DNA from: Balanoglossus misakiensis
Lineage: Eukaryota > Animalia > Hemichordata
Assembly: GCA_040954595.2 (NCBI GenBank)
Contig: CM082592.2
Coordinates: 620,001-684,000, forward strand
Length of the DNA stretch: 64,000 bases
Direction of reading: 5' to 3'
Position numbers and translations under genes: made by a program. The notes below the pieces were generated by a model, which did no database searches, had not been told where the DNA came from, and saw only the letters and a list, made by a program, of their open reading frames with translations. Positions 37,101 to 51,400 of this stretch are shown here, one piece after another (position 1 is the first letter of the stretch; each line of letters opens with the position of its first letter).

Positions 37101-40100
37101 TTTTTCTACGGCCTGGCTCGGCTAAATCTCCGTCACAATATGACAGACACTAGCGTACGTTAGCAACGGTGATCAAGTGAGATTTCCTACGGCATGGCTT
37201 GGCTAAAGCCCTGGCACTCTAGAGCAGAAACACGCGTACAGAGACCACGTTGATCTACTCACATTTCCTTCGGCCTGGCACGGCTGATGCCCCGGCACTA
37301 TATATAGGACACAGACTGGCGTAAGTTAACAACGGTAATCACGTCGGGTTTCCTACGGCCTGGCTCAGCTGAAGCCCCGGCACTCTAGAGCAGAAACACG
37401 CGTACAGAGACCACGTTGATCAAGTCTGATCTCCTACGGCTTGGCTCGACTAAAACCCCGGCACACTATGACAGACACTAGCGTTCGTTAGCAACGTTGA
37501 TCAAGTCAGATTTCCTACGGCTTGGCTTGGCTAAAACCCTGGCACTCTAGAGCAGAAACACGCGTACAGAGACCACGTTAATCTACTCACATTTCCTTCG
37601 GCCTGGCACGGCTGATGCCCCGGCACTATATATATGACACAGACTGGCGTAAGTTAACAACGGTCATCACGTCGGGTTTCCTACGGCCTGGCTCAGCTGA
37701 AGCCCCGGCGCTCTAGAGCAGAAACAGGCGTACATTGACCACGTTGATCAAGTCAGATTTCCTACGGCGTGACTCGGCTGGTGCACCGGCTCTATATGAC
37801 ACAGACTGGCGTAAGTTATCAACGGTGTTTACTTCGGATTTCCTACGGCCTGGTTTAGCTGAAGCCCCGGCACTTTAGAGCGGAAACACGCGTACATTGA
37901 CCACGATGATCAAGTCAGATCTCCTACGGCCTGGCTCGACTAAAACCCCGGCACACCATGACAGACACTAGCGTTCGTTAGCAACGGTGATCAAGTCGGA
38001 TTTCCTTCGGCCTGGCTCTGCAAAAGACCCGACACTCTAGTACAAAGACGTTGGCTAATTCGGGCAAACCGAACAGGGAAAGTCACAGTGGGTCAACACT
38101 CGACATTTGTTCCGGTAGGACTGCATTATTGCCTGTCAATTTATAGAGAAAGCCCGAATTTAACCAGGGCGTTTCAAACACCGACGTTAGTTGGGGGCAC
38201 GGCCTGCAGTACTGCCGGGTAAGCTTACATCAGCGTACCGCATATAATGTAGGGGGGGGGGGAACAGAACGGTTAAATACTACATTTATCAGATAGCAGC
38301 TAATTTTGGACAATCATCTAAAATGTAAATCATCTTTTCATATTTGGATATCTGATGATGTATGACATTTCCATTATATGTAAAAATGGTGCTGATTATA
38401 AAAATGCACTCTGAATGAGCTGATTTAATACAAAATTGCGTTTTATTCGTTTTTGCACCAAAAAGGTCATTTTTAGGCAAAACATTCTTTATTTTTTTAA
38501 TTCGGTGACCTGATCATATATAAACAATTGCTTGTATGTTAAAAGTTTTTATGACTTTTAAAAGCAGTGACACTGGCGGCATTCAACACGAAAATAACAA
38601 TTTTAGCCACAATTTGGTCAAAATGGTAAATTTTTGAAAATTACAAAAAATACCTGTTTTCTACATTTTCGGAAATCTGATGGAGTATAGAATGCTCTTC
38701 GTATGTATATATCGATACAAATTCCACAAAAGACCGTCTAATTTGGCTCACTGCAGACAAAATTGCGTTTTACAAAATTTTCCTTGAAAATGTCATTTTT
38801 AGAAAAAAAAAATAAAAAAACCTTTTATCTTCGAATTTGGTGCCCTGATCATATATGACATGTTGATTGTATGTTAAAACTTTCGACCACTCCAAAAATG
38901 CAGAGATATTGACGGAATTCAAGAAAAAATAGCCATTTTGGCCATATTTTGACAAAAATGGTAAATTTTTAAAAAATCATAAAAAATTAACTCTTTTCTT
39001 CATTTTCGGAAATATTATGGAGCATGAAGTGTCGTTCTCTTGTAAAAAGTGCTGCAAATTCCAGAAAAGGCGGTATAATTTGAATCACCCAAGACAAAAT
39101 TACCATTTTTGACTTTTTTTCGAAAAATTGTCTTTTTTACAAAATAAATAAGAATAAATTCTTTTCTTAGTTTCAAACGGGTAGAGATACTTTCCACACG
39201 GGTTTTCTAACATTGAATTCCCGTTCATCAACTCAGATTTCCTACAGCATAAGTCGGCTAAAACCCTGACACTCTAGAGCAGAAACAGTTGCACACTGGT
39301 AACGTTGAACAAGTCGATTTTTCTACGGCCTGGCTCGGCTAAATCTCCGTCATAATATGACAGACACTAGCGTACGTTAGCAACGGTGATCAAGTCAGAT
39401 TTTCTACGGCATGGGTTGGATAAAGCCCCGGCACTCTAGAGCAGAAACACGCGTACAGAGACCACGTTGATCAAGTCTGATCTCCTACGGCTTGGCTCGA
39501 CTAAAACCCCGGCACACTATGACAGACACTAGCGTTCGTTAGCAACGTTGATCAAGTCAGATTTCCTACGGCATGGCTTGGCTAAAGCCCTGGCACTCTA
39601 GAGCAGAAACACGCGTACAGAGACCACGTTGATCTACTCACATTTCCTGCGGCCTGGCACGGCTGATGCCCCGGCACTATATATAGGACACAAACTGGCG
39701 TAAGTTAACAACGGTAATCACGTCGGGTTTCCTACGGCCTGGCTCAGCTGAAGCCCCGGCACTCTAGAGCAGAAACAGGCGTACATTGACCACGTTGATC
39801 AAGTCAGTTTTCCTACGGCGTGACTCGGCTGGTGCACCGGCTCTATATGACACAGACTGGCGTAAGTTATCAACGGTGATTACGTCGGATTTCCTACGGC
39901 CTGGTTTAGCTCAAGCCCCGGCACTTTAGAGCGGAAACACGCGTACATTGACCACGATGATCAAGTCAGATCTCTTACGGCTTGGCTCGACTAAAGCCCG
40001 GCACACTATGACAGACACTAGCGTTCGTTAGCAACGTTGATCAAGTCAGATTTCCTACGGCATGGCTTGGCTAAAGCCCTGGCATTCTAGAGCAGAAACA

Positions 40101-43100
40101 CGCGTACAGAGACCACATTGATCTACTCACATTTCCTTAGGCCTGGCACGGCTGATGCCCCGCACTATATATAGGACACAGACTGGCGTAAGTTAACAAC
40201 GGTAATCACGTCGGGTTTCCTTCGGCCTGGATCAGCTGAAGCCCCGGCACTCTAGAGCAGAAACAGGCGTACATTGACCACGTTGATCAAGTCAGATTTC
40301 CTACGGCCTGGTTCGACTAAAACCCCGGCACACCATGACAGACACTAGCGTTCGTTAGCAACGGTGATCAAGTCGGATTTCCTTCGGCCTGGCTCGGCAA
40401 AAGACCCGACCCTCTAGTACAAAGACGTTGGCTAAGTCGGGCAAACCGAAGAGGGAAAGTCACAGCGGGTCAACACTCGACATTTGTTCCGGTAGGACTG
40501 CATTATTGCCTGTTAATTTATAGAGAAAGCCCGAATTTAACCAGGGCGCTTCAAACACCGACGTTAGTTGGGGGCACGGCCTGCAGTACTGCCGGGTAAG
40601 GTGACATCGGCGTACCGCATATAATGTAGGGGGGGGAGAAACAGAACGGTTCAATACTACATTTATCAGATATCAGCTAATTTTGGACAATCATCTAAAA
40701 TCTAAATCATCTTTTCATATTTGGATATCTGATGATGTATGAAATTTCCATTATATGTAAAAATGGTGCTGATTATAAAAATGCACTCTGAATGAGCTGA
40801 TTTAATACAAAATTGCGTTTTATTCGTTTTTGCACCAAAAAGGTCATTTTTAGGCAAAACATTCTTTATTTTTTTAATTCGGTGACCTGATCATATATAA
40901 ACAATTGCTTGTATGTTAAAAGTTTTTATGACTTTTAAAAGCAGTGACACTGGCGGCATTCAACACGAAAATAACAATTTTAGCCACAATTTGGTCAAAA
41001 TGGTAAATTTTTGAAAATTACAAAAAATACCTGTTTTCTACATTTTTGGAAATCTGATGGAGTATAGAATGCTCTTCGTATATATATATCGATACAAATT
41101 CCACAAAAGACCGTCTAATTTGGCTCACTGCAGACAAAATTGCGTTTTACCAAATTTTCCTTGAAAATGTCATTTTTAGAAAAAAAAATAAAAAAACCTT
41201 TGTTCTTCAAATGTGGTGCCCTGATCATATATGACATGTTGATTGTATGTTAAAACTTTCGACCACTCCAAAAATGCAGAGATATTGACGGAATTCAAGA
41301 AAAAATAGCCATTTTGGCCATATTTGGACAAAAATGGTAAATTTTTAAAAAATCATAAAAAAATAACTATTTTCTTCATTTTCGGAAATATTATGAAGCA
41401 TGAAGTGTCGTTCTCTTGTAAAAAGTGCTGCAAATTCCAGAAAAGGTGGTATAATTTGAATCACCCAAGACAAAATTACCATTTTCGACTTTTTTTCGAA
41501 AAATTGTCTTTTTAACAAAATAAATAAGAATAAATTCTTTTCTTAGTTTCAAACGGGAAGAGATACTTTCCACACCGGTTTTCTAACATTGAATTCCTGT
41601 TCATCAACTCAGATTTCCTACAGCACAAGTCGGCTAAAACCCTGACACTCTAGAGCAGAAACAGTTGCACACTGGTAACGTTGAACGAGTCGATTTTTCT
41701 ACGGCCTGGCTCGGCTAAATCTCCGTCACAATATGACAGACACTAGCGTAAGTTAGCAACGGTGATCAAGTCAGATTTTCTACGGCATAGCTCGGATAAA
41801 GCCCCGGCACTCTAGAGCAGAAACACGCGTACAGAGACCACGTTGATCAAGTCTGATCTCCTACGGCTAGGCTCGACTAAAACCCCGGCACACTATGACA
41901 GACACTAGCGTTCGTTAGCAACGTTGATCAAGTCAGATTTCCTACGGCATGGCTTGGCTAAAGCCCTGGCACTCTAGAGCAGAAACACGCGTACAGAGAC
42001 CACGTTGATCTACTCACATTTCCTTCGGCCTGGCACGGCTGATGCCCCGGCACTATATATAGGACACAGACTGGCGTAAGTTAACAACGGTAATCACGTC
42101 GGGTTTCCTACAGCCTGGCTCAGATGAAGCCCCGGCACTCTAGACCAGAAACAGGCGTACAGTGACCACGTTGATCAAGTCAGATTTCCTACGGCGTGAC
42201 TCGGCTGGTGCACCGGCTCTATATGACACAGACTGGCGTAAGTTATCAACGGTGATAACGTCGGATTTCCTACGGCCTGGTTTAGCTGAAGCCCCGGCAC
42301 TTTAGAGCGGAAACACGCGTACATTGACCACGATGATCAAGTCAGATCTCCTACGGCCTGGCTCGACTAAACCCCGGCACACCATGACAGACACTAGCGT
42401 TCGTTAGCAACGGTGATCAAGTCGGATTTCCTTCGGCCTGGCTCTGCAAAAGACCCGACACATTAGTACAAAGACGTTGGCTAAGTCGGGCAAACCGAAG
42501 AGGGAAAGTCACAGCGGGTCAACACTCGACATTTGGTCGGGTAGGACTGCATTATTGCCTGTCAATTTATAGAGAAAGCCCGAATTTAACCAGGGCGTTT
42601 CAAACACCGACGTTAGTTGGGGGCACGGCCTGCAGTATTGCCGGGTAAGCTGACATCGGCGTACCGCATATAATGTAGGGGGGGGGGGGGAACAGAACGG
42701 TTCATTACTACATTTATTAAATATCAGCTAATTTTGGACAATCATCTAAAATCTAAATCATTTTTTCATATTTGGATATCTGATGATGTATGAAATTTCC
42801 ATTATATGTAAAAATGGTGCTGATTATAAAAAATGCACTCTGAATGAGCTGATTTAATACAAAATTGCGTTTTATTCGTTTTTGCACCAAAAAGGTCATT
42901 TTTAGGCAAAACATTCTTTATTTTTTTAATTCGGTGACCTGATCATATATAAACAATTGCTTGTATGTTGAAAATTTTTATGACTTTTAAAAGCAGTGAC
43001 ACTGGCGGCATTCAACACGAAAATAACAATTTTAGCCACAATTGGGTCAAAATGGTAAATTTTTGAAAATTACAAAAAATACATGTTTTCTACATTTTCG

Positions 43101-46100
43101 GAAATCTGATGGAGTATAGAATGCTCTTCGTATGTATATATCGATACAAATTCCACAAAAGACCGTCTAATTTGGCTCACTGCAGACAAAATTGCGTTTT
43201 ACCAAGTTTTCCTTGAAAATGTCATTTTTAGAAAAAAAATAAGAATAAATTCTTTTCTTAGTTTCAAACGGGTAGAGATACTTTCCACACGGGTTTTCTA
43301 ACATTGAATTCCCGTTCATCAACTCAGATTTCCTATAGCATAAGTCGGCTAAAACCCTGAGACTTTAGAGCAGAAACAGTTGCACACTGGTAACGTTCAA
43401 CAAGTCGATTTTTCTACGGCCTGGCTCGGCTAAATCTCCGTCACAATATGACAGACACTATCGTACGTTAGCAACGGTGATCAAGTCAGATTTTCTACGG
43501 CATGGCTTGGATAAAGCCCCGGCACTCTAGAGCAGAAACACGCGTACAGAGACCACGTTGATCTACTCACATTTCCTTCGGCCTTGCACGGCTGATGCCC
43601 CGGCACTATATATAGGACACAGACTGGCGTAAGTTAACAACGGTAATCACGTCGGGTTTCCTACGGCCTGGCTCAGCTGAAGCCCCGGCACTCTAGAGCA
43701 GAAACAGGCGTACATTGACCACGTTGATCAAGTCAGATTTCCTACGGCGTGACTCGGCTGGTGCACCGGCTCTATATGACACAGACTGGCGTAAGTTATC
43801 AACGGTGATTACGTCGGATTTCCTACGGCATGGTTTAGCTGAAGCCCCGGCACTTTAGAGCGGAAACACGCGTACATTGACCACGATGATCAAGTCAGAT
43901 CTCCTACGGCCTGGCTCGACTAAAACCCCGGCACACCATGACAGACACTAGCGTTCGTTAGCAACGGTGATCAAGTCGGATTTCCTTCGGCCTGGCTCTG
44001 CAAAAGACCCGACACATTAGTACAAAGACGTTGGCTAAGTCGGGCAAACCGAAGAGGGAAAGTCACAGCGGGTCAACACTCGACATTTGTTCGGGTAGGA
44101 CTGCATTATTGCCTGTCAATTTATAGAGAAAGCCCGAATTTAACCAGGGCGTTTCAAACACCGACGTTATTTGGGGGCACGGCCTGCAGTACTGCCGGGT
44201 AAGCTGACATCGGCGTACCGCATATAATGTAGGGGGGGGGGGGGGACAGAACGGTTCAATACTACATTTATTAGATATCAGCTAATTTTGGACAATCATC
44301 TAAAATCTAAATCATTTTTTCATATTTGGATATCTGATGATGTATGAAATTTCCATTATATGTAAAAATGGTGCTTATTATAAAACATGCACTCTGAATG
44401 AACTGATTTAATACAAGATTGCGTTTTATTCGTTTTTGCACCAAAAAGGTCATTTTAGGCAAAACATTCTTTATTTTTTTAATTCGGTGACCTGATCATA
44501 TATAAACAATTGCTTGTATGTTAAAAGTTTTTATGACTTTTAAAAGCAGTGACACTGGCGGCATTCATCACGAAAATAACAATTTTAGCCACAATTTGGT
44601 CAAAATGGTAAATTTTTGAAATTTACAAAAAATACCTGTTTTCTACATTTTCGGAAATCTGATGGAGTGTAGAATGCTCTTCGTATGTATATAGTGATAC
44701 AAATTCCACAAAAGACCGTCTAATTTGGCTCACTGCAGACAAAATTGCGTTTTACCAAATTTTCCTTGAAAATGTCATTTTTAGAAAAAAAAAAAAAACC
44801 TTTGTTCTTCGAATTTGGTGCCCTGATCATATATGACATGTTGATTGTATGTTAAAACTCTCGACCACTCCAAAAATGCTGAGATATTGACGGAATTCAA
44901 GAAAAATAGCCATTTTGGCCATATTTTGACAAAAATGGTAAATTTTTGAAAAATCATAAAAAATTAACTCTTTTCTTCATTTTTTGGAAATATTATGGAG
45001 CATGAAGTGTCGTTCTCTTGTAAAAAGTGCTGCAAATTCCAGAAAAGGCGGTATAATTTGAATCACCCAAGACAAAATTGCAATTTTTCGACTTTTTTTC
45101 GAAAAATTGTCTTTTTTACAAAATAAATAAGAATAAATTCTTTTCTTAGTTTCAAACGGGTAGAGATACTTTCCACACGGGTTTTCTAACATTGAATTCC
45201 CGTTCATCAACTCAGATTTCCTACAAGTCGGCTAAAACCTTGACACTCTAGAACAGAAACAGTTCCACACTGGTAACGTTGAACAAGTCGATTTTTCTAC
45301 GGCCTGGCTCGGCTAAATCTCCGTCACAATATGACAGACACTAGCGTAGGTTAGCAACGGTGATCAAGTCAGATTTTCTACGGCATGGCTTGGCTAAAGC
45401 CCTGGCACTCTAGAGCAGAAACACGCGTACAGAGACCACGTTGATCTACTCACATTTCCTTCGGCCTGGCACGGCTGATGCCCCGGCACTATATATAGGA
45501 CACAAACTGGCGTAAGTTAACAACGGTAATCACGTCGGGTTTCCTACGGCCTGGCCCAGCTGAACGGTACAATACTACATTTATTAGATATCAGCTAATT
45601 TTGGACAATCATCTAAAATCTAAATCATTTTTTCATATTTGGATATCTAATGATGTATGAAATTTCAATTATATGTAAAAATGGTGCTGATTATAAAAAA
45701 TGCACTCTGAATGAGCTGATTTAATACAAAATTACGTTTTATTCGTTTTTGCACCTAAAAGGTCATTTTTAGGCAAAACATTCTTTATTTTTTTAATTCG
45801 GTGACCTGATCATATATAAAGAATTGCTTGTATGTTAAAAGTTTTTATGACTTTTAAAAGCAGTGACACTGGCGGCATTCAACACGAAAATAACAATTTT
45901 AGCACAATTTGGTCAAAATGGAAAATTTTTGAAAATTACAAAAAATACCTGTTTTCTACATTTTCGGAAATCTGATGGAGTATAGAATGCTCTTCGTATG
46001 TATATATCGATACAAATTCCAAAAAAAAGACAGTCTAATATGGCTCACTGCAGACAAAATTGCGTTTTACCAAATTTTCCTTGAAAATGTCATTTTTAGA

Positions 46101-48389
46101 AAAAAAAATAAAAAAAACCTTTGTTCTTCGAATTTGGTGCCCTGATCATATATGACATGTTGATTGTATGTTAAAACTTTCGACAACTCCAAAAATGCAG
46201 AGATATTGACGGAATTCAAGACAAAATAGCCATTTTGGCCATATTTTGACAAAAATGGTAAATTTTTAAAAAATCATAAAAAATAAACTCTTTTCTTCAT
46301 TTTCGGAAATATTATGGAGCATAAAGTGTCGTTCTCTTGTAAAAAGTGCTGCAAATTCCAGAAAAGGTGGTATAATTTGAATCACCCAAGACAAAATTAC
46401 CATTTTCGACTTTTTTTCGAAAAATTGTCTTTTTTACAAAATAAATAAGAATAAATTCTTTTCTTAGTTTCAAACGGGTAGAGATACTTTCCACACGGGT
46501 TTTCTAACATTAAATTCCCGTTCATCAACTCAGATTTCCTACAGCATAAGTCGGCTAAAACCCTGACACTCTAGAGCAGAAACAGTTGCACACTTGTAAC
46601 GTTGAACGAGTCGATTTTTCTACGGCCTGGCTCGGCTAAATCTCCGTCACAATATTACAGACACTAGCGTACGTTAGCAACGGTGATCAAGTCAGATTTT
46701 CTACGGCATGGCTTGGATAAAGCCCCGACACTCTAGAGCAGAAACACGCGTACAGAGACCACGTTGATCTACTCACATTTCCTTCGGCCTGGCACGGCTG
46801 ATGCCCCGGCACTATATATAGGACACAGACTGGCGTAAGTTAACAACGGTAATCACGTCGGGTTTCCTACGGCCTGGCTCAGCTGAAGCCCCGGCACTCT
46901 AGAGCAGAAACAGGCGTACATTGACCACGTTGATCAAGTCAGATTTCCTACGGCGTGACTCGGCTTGTGCACCGGCTCTATATGACACAGACTGGCGTAA
47001 GTTATCAACGGTGATTACGTCGGATTTCCTACGGTCTGGTTTAGCTGAAGCCCCGGCACTTTAGAGCGGAAACACGCGTACATTGACCACGATGATCAAG
47101 TCAGATCTCCTACGGCCTGGCTCGACTAAAACCCCGGCACACCATGACAGACACTAGCGTTCGTTAGCAACGGTGATCAAGTCGGATTTCCTTCGGCCTG
47201 GCTCTGCAAAAGACCTGACACTCTAGTACAAAGACGTTGGCTAAGTCGGGCAAACCGAAGAGGGTAAGTCACAGCGGGTCAACACTCGACATTTGTTCGG
47301 GTAGGACTGCATTATTGCCTGTCAATTTATAGAGAAAGCCCGAATTTAACCAGGGCGTTCCAAACACCGACGTTAGTTGGCGGCACGGCCTGCAGTACTG
47401 CCGGGTAAGCTGACATCGGCGTACCGCATATAATGTAGGGGGGGGGGGGGGGGGCAAACAGAACGGTTCAATACTACATTTATAAGATATCAGCTAATTT
47501 TGGACAATCATCTAAAATCTAAATCATTTTTTCATATTTGGATATCTAATGATGTATGAAATTTCAATTATATGTAAAAATGGTGCTGATTATAAAAAAT
47601 GCACTCTGAATGAGCTGATTTAATACAAAATTACGTTTTATTCGTTTTTGCACCTAAAAGGTCATTTTTAGGCAAAACATTCTTTTTTTTTTAATTCGGT
47701 GACCTGATCATATATAAAGAATTGCTTGTATGTTAAAAGTTTTTATGACTTTTAAAAGCAGTGACACTGGCGGCATTCAACACGAAAATAACAATTTTAG
47801 CACAATTTGGTCAAAATGGAAAATTTTTGAAAATTACAAAAAATACCTGTTTTCTACATTTTCGGAAATCTGATGGAGTATAGAATGCTCTTCGTATGTT
47901 TATATCGATACAAATTCCACAAAAGACCGTCTAATTTGGCTCACTGCAGACAAAATTGCGTTTTACCAAATTTTCCTTGAAAATGTCATTTTTAGAAAAA
48001 AAAATAAAAAAACCTTTGTTCTTCGAATTTGGTGCCCCGATCATAATGACATGTTGATTGTATGTTAAAACTTTCGACCACTCCAAAAATGCAGAGATAT
48101 TGACGGAATTCAAGAAAAAATAGCCATTTTGGCCATATTTTGACAAAAATGGTAAATTTTTAAAAAATCATAAAAAATTAACTCTTTTCTTCATTTTCGG
48201 AAATATTATGGAGCATGAAGTGTCGTTCTCTTGTAAAAAGTGCTGCAAATTCCAGAAAAGGCGGTATAATTTGAATCACCCAAGACAAAATTACCATTTT
48301 CGACTTTTTTTCGAAAAATTGTCTTTTTTACAATATAAATAAGAATAAATTCTTTTCTTAGTTTCAAACGGGTAGAGATACTTTCCACA

Positions 48390-48401
48390 GGAGGAGGAGG
48401 A
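48390..48401. other. Inversion junction with 12-nt (GGA)4 filler
   Basis: ...GATACTTTCCACA | GGAGGAGGAGGA | CCGTAGGAGATCTGAC... The left side is plus-strand satellite and the right side is minus-strand satellite. Confidence 0.92.
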
Positions 48402-51400
48402 CCGTAGGAGATCTGACTTGATCATCGTGGTCAATGTACGCGTGTTTCCGCTCTAAAGTGCTGGGGCTTCAGCTAAACCAGACCGTAGGAAATCCGACGT
48501 AATCACCGTTGATAACTTACGCCAGTCTGTGTCATATAGAGCCGGTGCACCAGACGAGTCACGCCGTAGGAAATCTGACTTGATCAACGTGGTCAATGTA
48601 CGCATGTTTCTGCTCTAGAGTGCCGGGGCTTCAGCTGAGCCAGGCCGTAGGAAACCCGACGTGATTACCGTTGTTAACTTACGCCAGTCTGTGTCCTATA
48701 TATAGTGCCGGGGCATCAGCCGTGCCAGGCCGAAGGAAATGTGAGTAGATCAACGTTGTCTCTGTACGCGTGTTTCTGCTCTAGAGTGCCAGGGCTTTAG
48801 CCAAGCCATGCCGTAGGAAATCTGACTTGATCAACGTTGCTAACGAACGCTAGTGTCTGTCATAGTGTGCCGGGGTTTTAGTCAAGCCAAGCCGTAGGAA
48901 ATCAGACTTGATCAACGTGGTCTCTGTACGCGTGTTTCTGCTCTAGAGTGCCGGGGCTTTATCTAAGCCATGCCGTAGAAAATCTGACTTGATCACCGTT
49001 GCTAACGTACGCTAGTGTCTGTCATATTGTGACGGAGATTTAGCCGAGCCAGGCCGTAGAAAAATCGACTTGTTCAACGTTACCAGTGTGCAACTGTTTC
49101 TGCTCTAGAGTGTCAGGGTTTTAGCCGACTTATGCTGTAGGAAATCTGAGTTGATGAACGGGAATTCAATGTTAGAAAACCCGTGTGGAAAGTATCTCTA
49201 CCCGTTTGAAACTAAGAAAAGAATTTATTCTTATTTATTTTGTAAAAAAGACAATTTTTCGATAAAAAGTTGAAAATGGTAATTTTGTCTTGGGTGATTC
49301 AAATTATACCACCTTTTCTGGAATTTGCAGCACTTTTTGCAAGAGAACGACACTTCATGCTCCATAATATTTCCGAAAATGAAGAAAAGAGTTAATTTTT
49401 TATGATTTTTTAAAAATTTACCATTTTTGTCAAAATATGGCCAAAATGGCTATTTTTTCTTGAATTCCGTCAATATCTCTGCATTTTTGGAGTGGTCGAA
49501 AGTTTTAACATACAATCAACATGTCATTATGATCGGGGCACCAAATTCGAAGAACAAAGGTTTTTTTATTTTTTTTTCTAAAAATGACATTTTCAAGGAA
49601 AATTTGGTAAAACGCAATTTTGTCTGCAGTGAGCCAAATTAGACGGTCTTTTGTGGAATTTGTATCGATATAAACATACGAAGAGCATTCTATACTCCAT
49701 CAGATTTCCGAAAATGTAGAAAACAGGTATTTTTTGTAATTTTCAAAAATTTTCCATTTTGACCAAATTGTGCTAAAATTGTTATTTTCGTGTTGAATGC
49801 CGCCAGTGTCACTGCTTTTAAAAGTCATAAAAACTTTTAACATACAAGCAATTCTTTATATATGATCAGGTCACCGAATTAAAAAAAAAAGAATGTTTTG
49901 CCTAAAAATGACCTTTTAGGTGCAAAAACGAATAAAACGTAATTTTGTATTAAATCAGCTCATTCAGAGTGCATTTTTTATAATCAGCACCATTTTTACA
50001 TATAATTGAAATTTCATACATCATTAGATATCCAAATATGAAAAAATGATTTAGATTTTAGATGATTGTCCAAAATTAGCTGATATCTAATAAATGTAGT
50101 ATTGAACCGTTCTGTTTGCCCCCCCCCCCCTACATTATATGCGGTACGCCGATGTCAGCTTACCCGGCAGTACTGCAGGCCGTGCCGCCAACTAACGTCG
50201 GTGTTTGGAACGCCCTGGTTAAATTCGGGCTTTCTCTATAAATTGACAGGCAATAATGCAGTCCTACCCGAACAAATGTCGAGTGTTGACCCGCTGTGAC
50301 TTACCCTCTTCGGTTTGCCCGACTTAGCCAACGTCTTTGTACTAGAGTGTCAGGTCTTTTGCAGAGCCAGGCCGAAGGAAATCCGACTTGATCACCGTTG
50401 CTAACGAACGCTAGTGTCTGTCATGGTGTGCCGGGGTTTTAGTCGAGCCAGGCCGTAGGAGATCTGACTTGATCATCGTGGTCAATGTACGCGTGTTTCC
50501 GCTCTAAAGTGCCGGGGCTTCAGCTAAACCAGACCGTAGGAAATCCGACGTAATCACCGTTGATAACTTACGCCAGTCTGTGTCATATAGAGCCGGTGCA
50601 CAAGCCGAGTCACGCCGTAGGAAATCTGACTTGATCAACGTGGTCAATGTACGCCTGTTTCTGCTCTAGAGTGCCGGGGCTTCAGCTGAGCCAGGCCGTA
50701 GGAAACCCGACGTGATTACCGTTGTTAACTTACGCCAGTCTGTGTCCTATATATAGTGCCGGGGCATCAGCCGTGCCAGGCCGAAGGAAATGTGAGTAGA
50801 TCAACGTGGTCTCTGTACGCGTGTTTCTGCTCTAGAGTGTCGGGGCTTTATCCAAGCCATGCCGTAGAAAATCTGACTTGATCACCGTTGCTAACGTACG
50901 CTAGTGTCTGTAATATTGTGACGGAGATTTAGCCGAGCCAGGCCGTAGAAAAATCGACTCGTTCAACGTTACAAGTGTGCAACTGTTTCTGCTCTAGAGT
51001 GTCAGGGTTTTAGCCGACTTATGCTGTAGGAAATCTGAGTTGATGAACGGGAATTTAATGTTAGAAAACCCGTGTGGAAAGTATCTCTACCCGTTTGAAA
51101 CTAAGAAAAGAATTTATTCTTATTTATTTTGTAAAAAAGACAATTTTTCGAAAAAAAGTCGAAAATGGTAATTTTGTCTTGGGTGATTCAAATTATACCA
51201 CCTTTTCTGGAATTTGCAGCACTTTTTACAAGAGAACGACACTTTATGCTCCATAATATTTCCGAAAATGAAGAAAAGAGTTTATTTTTTATGATTTTTT
51301 AAAAATTTACCATTTTTGTCAAAATATGGCCAAAATGGCTATTTTGTCTTGAATTCCGTCAATATCTCTGCATTTTTGGAGTTGTCGAAAGTTTTAACAT

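Larger units (their letters stand above)
1..48389 (+). repeat. ~2.05-kb composite macrosatellite, left arm (~18 units, interrupted by two retrotransposons)
   Basis: The core motif GCATATAATGT(A)(G)n...AGAACGGTT recurs at about 888, 2931, 4823, 6714, 8756, 10644, 12697, 14745, 16796, 26772, 29092, 36036, 38252, 40629, 42678, 44232 and 47437. Units are near-identical by eye, and the same spurious 60-aa ORF recurs once per unit. Confidence 0.97.

Noticed and set aside
48390-48401. (GGA)4 as a telomeric repeat seed
   Set aside because: It does not match TTAGGG/TTAGG-type repeats, and a local template exists.
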